Shown here: positions 38,725-64,000 of the stretch, in pieces
How the letters are laid out: each line of letters opens with the position of its first letter
Position numbering within the stretch: position 1 is the first letter of the stretch
Origin: Bugula neritina
Lineage: Eukaryota; Animalia; Bryozoa
Assembly: GCA_964035545.1 (NCBI GenBank)
Contig: OZ037766.1
Span: 27,635,673-27,699,672, forward strand
Direction: 5' to 3'
Length of the DNA: 64,000 nt
Translations under genes and position numbers: made by a program
Notes under the pieces: model-generated
Seen by the model: the letters and a program-made list of their open reading frames with translations, nothing else
Databases searched by the model: none
Told to the model about the DNA's origin: nothing

Positions 38725-41525
38725 ACTACATTATTTATAAAAGCTTATTTGATTCAATATCTAATATATGTGACGCTTGAAACTTTTACTTAACAATAAC
38801 CGCAGTGGCTTGCTGATTCTTCTGGAATATTCAATACAGCTACATTACCTGACAGCATACATTAGCAATTATACTTTGCAGATAGTGCTGTGTAATACAT
38901 TGCCCTTTCTTCAGGCTTATTATGACACCTTGCTTCAAATATAATATATTCAATTTTAAACTTTTCTACTAGAGTTCATGATTGTTAAACCTTACATTCA
39001 TTTCAACTGGCTAATAAAGTATTACTATCGATTTATTGAATATGTTGTAACTGGTTCTACGAGATATGCCATAAGCAGAATTACTAGTGACACTTAGTGA
39101 CATGTAGTTGCTGGTTGTCATTTTCTGTGATACCTTTGACTAGTAATCTGTCTCTGTAAGCTTTAGCTCACTATATCAGCTATCTGCACTTTGGTATGTA
39201 TTCTACAGCTATCATCCTTCACTCCGGTTAGTTCAAGAAATAAGTAAATTATTGATAATTAAAGTCAGTGAGACTTCGTTTGTTTTATAACTTGGGTAGT
39301 TATTTATAAGTAAAAACTTGGATAAATTGTAAGTTAAAAATCTATAAAACTTAGTTTTGCTAAACTGAAACTGAATTATTTTTCAGCAATGTTTTAAATT
39401 TTACAATAACAATACTCAGTAATTCATTGAAAATGGTTTTGAAGCTTTTAAGTACTGCATCCTCAATACATAAAACCAACACAAAATCTTTGTCTTGCCT
39501 GACTCAATAATATCAAATATTTTCATTTTTATTTTGCTGTTGAGACAAGAAAAGTAGTGAATGCATGGATTAGCGTGCTAGGCCACTTGATATATTTTAG
39601 TATGCAGTCTGCAAACATCTCTCAGCTTGCTTGCTTAACTTTGCTCTCATCTTATGATATATCTGGGCAAGAATTACACACTACTAACCCATTGAAACAA
39701 CGGTGAAAGATAAAATTTCAACAATGTCACTGAATGAATGCATTCATTGCACGTTAAACTATAGCTACATGGTTTTAGACAGTGGGTTGTTTTAGTGGAG
39801 GCCTCAAATTTTTTCACTAAGCTTAGAATCGGTTTCATTGGCAGTTGTTAGAATGTTGATTGGCTGAGTTGTTCTATTTGTTGCACGAGCTAATACCCAG
39901 GAGTATTATTAGATTCATTAGAAATTTATTAATTCACAATAACATTAACATTTTCATAAATCATAATAATAATTTTTGTCTGAGCCATGTCAGCAAATTC
40001 CAGTATTTGTTATTGCAAGTATGGCAGAAAATACTAAGCTGCTTTCTTATTGGCTAGATTAGACTCTAATCAGGCGCTAGGTAGCATTATTATGCTTCAA
40101 CTAATTCTGGTGCAAACAACCAGGAGATGGATATGATGTAATACTCACTGCCCTGTAGCAATGTTTATCACGTAGCATGGCTGTTATAGTGTGCACACAT
40201 GCAGCACAAATTCAGGTACTTGTGACACAGTAGCTGTGCCCTAATCTAGTTAAACAGCTCTGACTATCATTTTGGATCAACTTACATGAATGCATTGTTA
40301 CTGTAATTATGCTACACCTACTTGGTCATGTTTACACGGCCCTTGTTTATGTGTTCACGATATTATGTTGACATTGCGATATACACACCAGTGGTGAGAT
40401 TTTGTTTTTTGAATACAGGTTCATAGCTAAATAATGTATCATTATTGAATATGATTTCACATATGTAAATACTAAAGGTGTTTTCTTACACCCTTGTGTA
40501 TTATACATACATAAGTGTAGGCTGGTTTTAGGCATTTTTATTATTACTATTGTTGTAAAAGTTCTTTCAATTAATTTCTATATTCTTTTACATTGCATAT
40601 TGTTTTCACCCTCTTCAGACCTGCCACTGACAAGTTGTATTTAAGTTCTATTATGTTTTCCTGTAACAATTTGCCACTTTTATTTATTAGAAATACGGTT
40701 CTTGTGCTAAATTACTCCTATTCAGTTTTATTTAATTTAAAACTCACTTATCCTTATAAGTGTGTTACGATTATTACTATGTCATTATAATTATATCCAA
40801 TAGCTTTTATTATGCAGAATATAAATTATTGTAGCATTTTAAAGTTTCTGAAATACAATTTCAAATAGTTTACAGTCAGCTTATAACACTGAAGCTATAT
40901 AGAGTTTAGCTATTTATCTAAAGATGTTATATTAAGGTATATATTCTGTTGTCCTGTATTATGCAAAATTCGGCATATATATTAGCATATTACTATTTCT
41001 TCCCATTGGTTATAAGAATTAGCATTTATTTCAAGTTATTCTTTCCAGATTCATATTATTTATTTGAATTATTTTTAATACTTCTCTAGTTTTTGTTTTA
41101 TTTCAAACTATGGATGAAATATTTCGTTGCTATGGTTCTGTTAACTGGAGTAAAATAAGTCTACAATAGTATAAAATCACTTGTTTCCCTTCCAAGTCCC
41201 GCAGGACAGGTCTGTGAGGTGAATTGTTAACAGGTTTTTGTAGGAAGTAGCATAGAACAATACAAACAATGCATAGCACATGCCATGCATTGAATAACTG
41301 CCTCATAATGCTGGCTATATAGCCAGGTATGCTAAGGCCACTCCCACTAAGCATTCATACAATACAGGTTCAGTCTAAGCAGTGCAGCTGATTCTTTGGT
41401 TATTCGGTTTTGGGCGACTCCCCTTAATAGCAGTGGGTTTGAAACCTTTCAGCAGACAACTTTTCCTGAGCATTCTGTAGAAGACAGTACAGAGCTTTCT
41501 TCCAAGTGGAAAAGTCTCACACAAG

Positions 41526-62789
<21,264 letters not shown>

Positions 62790-64000
62790 GTAAGACATAG
62801 TCTACGCCTTGTTAACTGCTTCTGTATTTTATACTCTGCATTCTGTGCCTGTACTTGATGGTTTAGAGTCAGCCTTTCAGCGCCATATTGTAATTCTTAT
62901 GAATGTACTATCTTCTACAGTCTACACAAAGTATTCTATTTTACAGTGTGTATATGTTCTATATCTTCCTTGTTTTAATAATTATTCCAATCTATACTCT
63001 GTATGTAACAGCTGCTAGCAATACATGTTTTTATATTTTAGACTCTAAAATTTATTATGCACATACCTACTCTGTTTTCTCTTGTAGGCTACATAATAAT
63101 TAAGCTTATTTTCTATATTTAACAAATATTCATATTTATAGCAGATTCTTCTTTCTATGTATTCAACTTAATTGACTTTTAATTTATAATTGTTTACCTA
63201 TAGTTTCATTGACCTTATCCATTTCACTCTATATCCTTCAACTTTCTATCATTACATTCATCGTAATAGGTTTATCACAAGAAATCAATGGTGTTTTGGC
63301 ACCAGTTTACATATGCATCAAATATCACAGTAGTAAATTTTACTTTTGCATCTGATACATGTCTGAGTGTATAGCAGGTTGAGACCACTTTTAGGTTGGG
63401 CTCGCTGGAGGTGGAGTCACCATCTTCACCATTACTACCTTGTTGGTGGTAATGCTTTTATACACTGTAGTGCATTACCAAGCTAGACATAATTGCATGG
63501 CACAAAAACAATCAGCTCTCTAAACTTGCTGTAGTAGGCATGTAGCTGTGTTCAAGGGCTTTAAAGGACATCCTTACTCTTTTGTTCATAAAGTAGTGAA
63601 TCTAGACATAAGGATATTACATCCTACATAGTTTAGGCTTCATATGTTATTGGTTTAGAGTTTGGGCTTTGATATACGGCTGCTTCCATCTATAGGGAGA
63701 CAATTGCTTGTTCGAATCAGGCTTTACTAAAAGATAGCTTCTGCAGGGGTTTACCAAACACAATTTTAGTAAATTAGAGCAAATGTCATTTATGCTTGGA
63801 GTTACAACTGCTAGAAAGCAGTAGCTATACGGTAGCCCTAATTATTTTTCATTCAATTCTTTTACGTTGGCTAACATGAAGAATATACATAAGTCACACT
63901 ATTGGTCTTAATTAGTGTTAGTTTACATTGTGTGCAATGTTCTTTGTGGACTGTAATTAACTTAGTCTATCATTTTAGACCATGGCCTGCCATGTGGTAT

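Overview
AT-rich, intron-rich animal genomic DNA. The gene content and style suggest a marine lophotrochozoan, possibly a bryozoan (inference). I reconstructed six multi-exon genes by reading GT-AG junctions and phases. Minus strand: (1) the 5' end of a DEG/ENaC channel that runs off the left edge; (2) a secreted NHL beta-propeller gene with an apparent 5-bp frameshift. Plus strand: (3) SUPT20H/Spt20; (4) MED28; (5) a short SVEP1-like VWA/CCP/HYR protein ending just after an RSKR site; (6) a secreted protein with at least 3 IgGFc-binding (FCGBP N-terminal) domains linked by DGxDNDCD motifs, running off the right edge. Introns hold two MITEs, two tRNA-SINE copies and many satellites. The most unusual non-coding signals are: tandem arrays that copy the exon end plus the 5' splice site into the intron, perfect palindromes with a 1-nt spacer, and hexamer-periodic AT-rich tracts upstream of both housekeeping genes. 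No prokaryotic systems or CRISPR arrays were seen.
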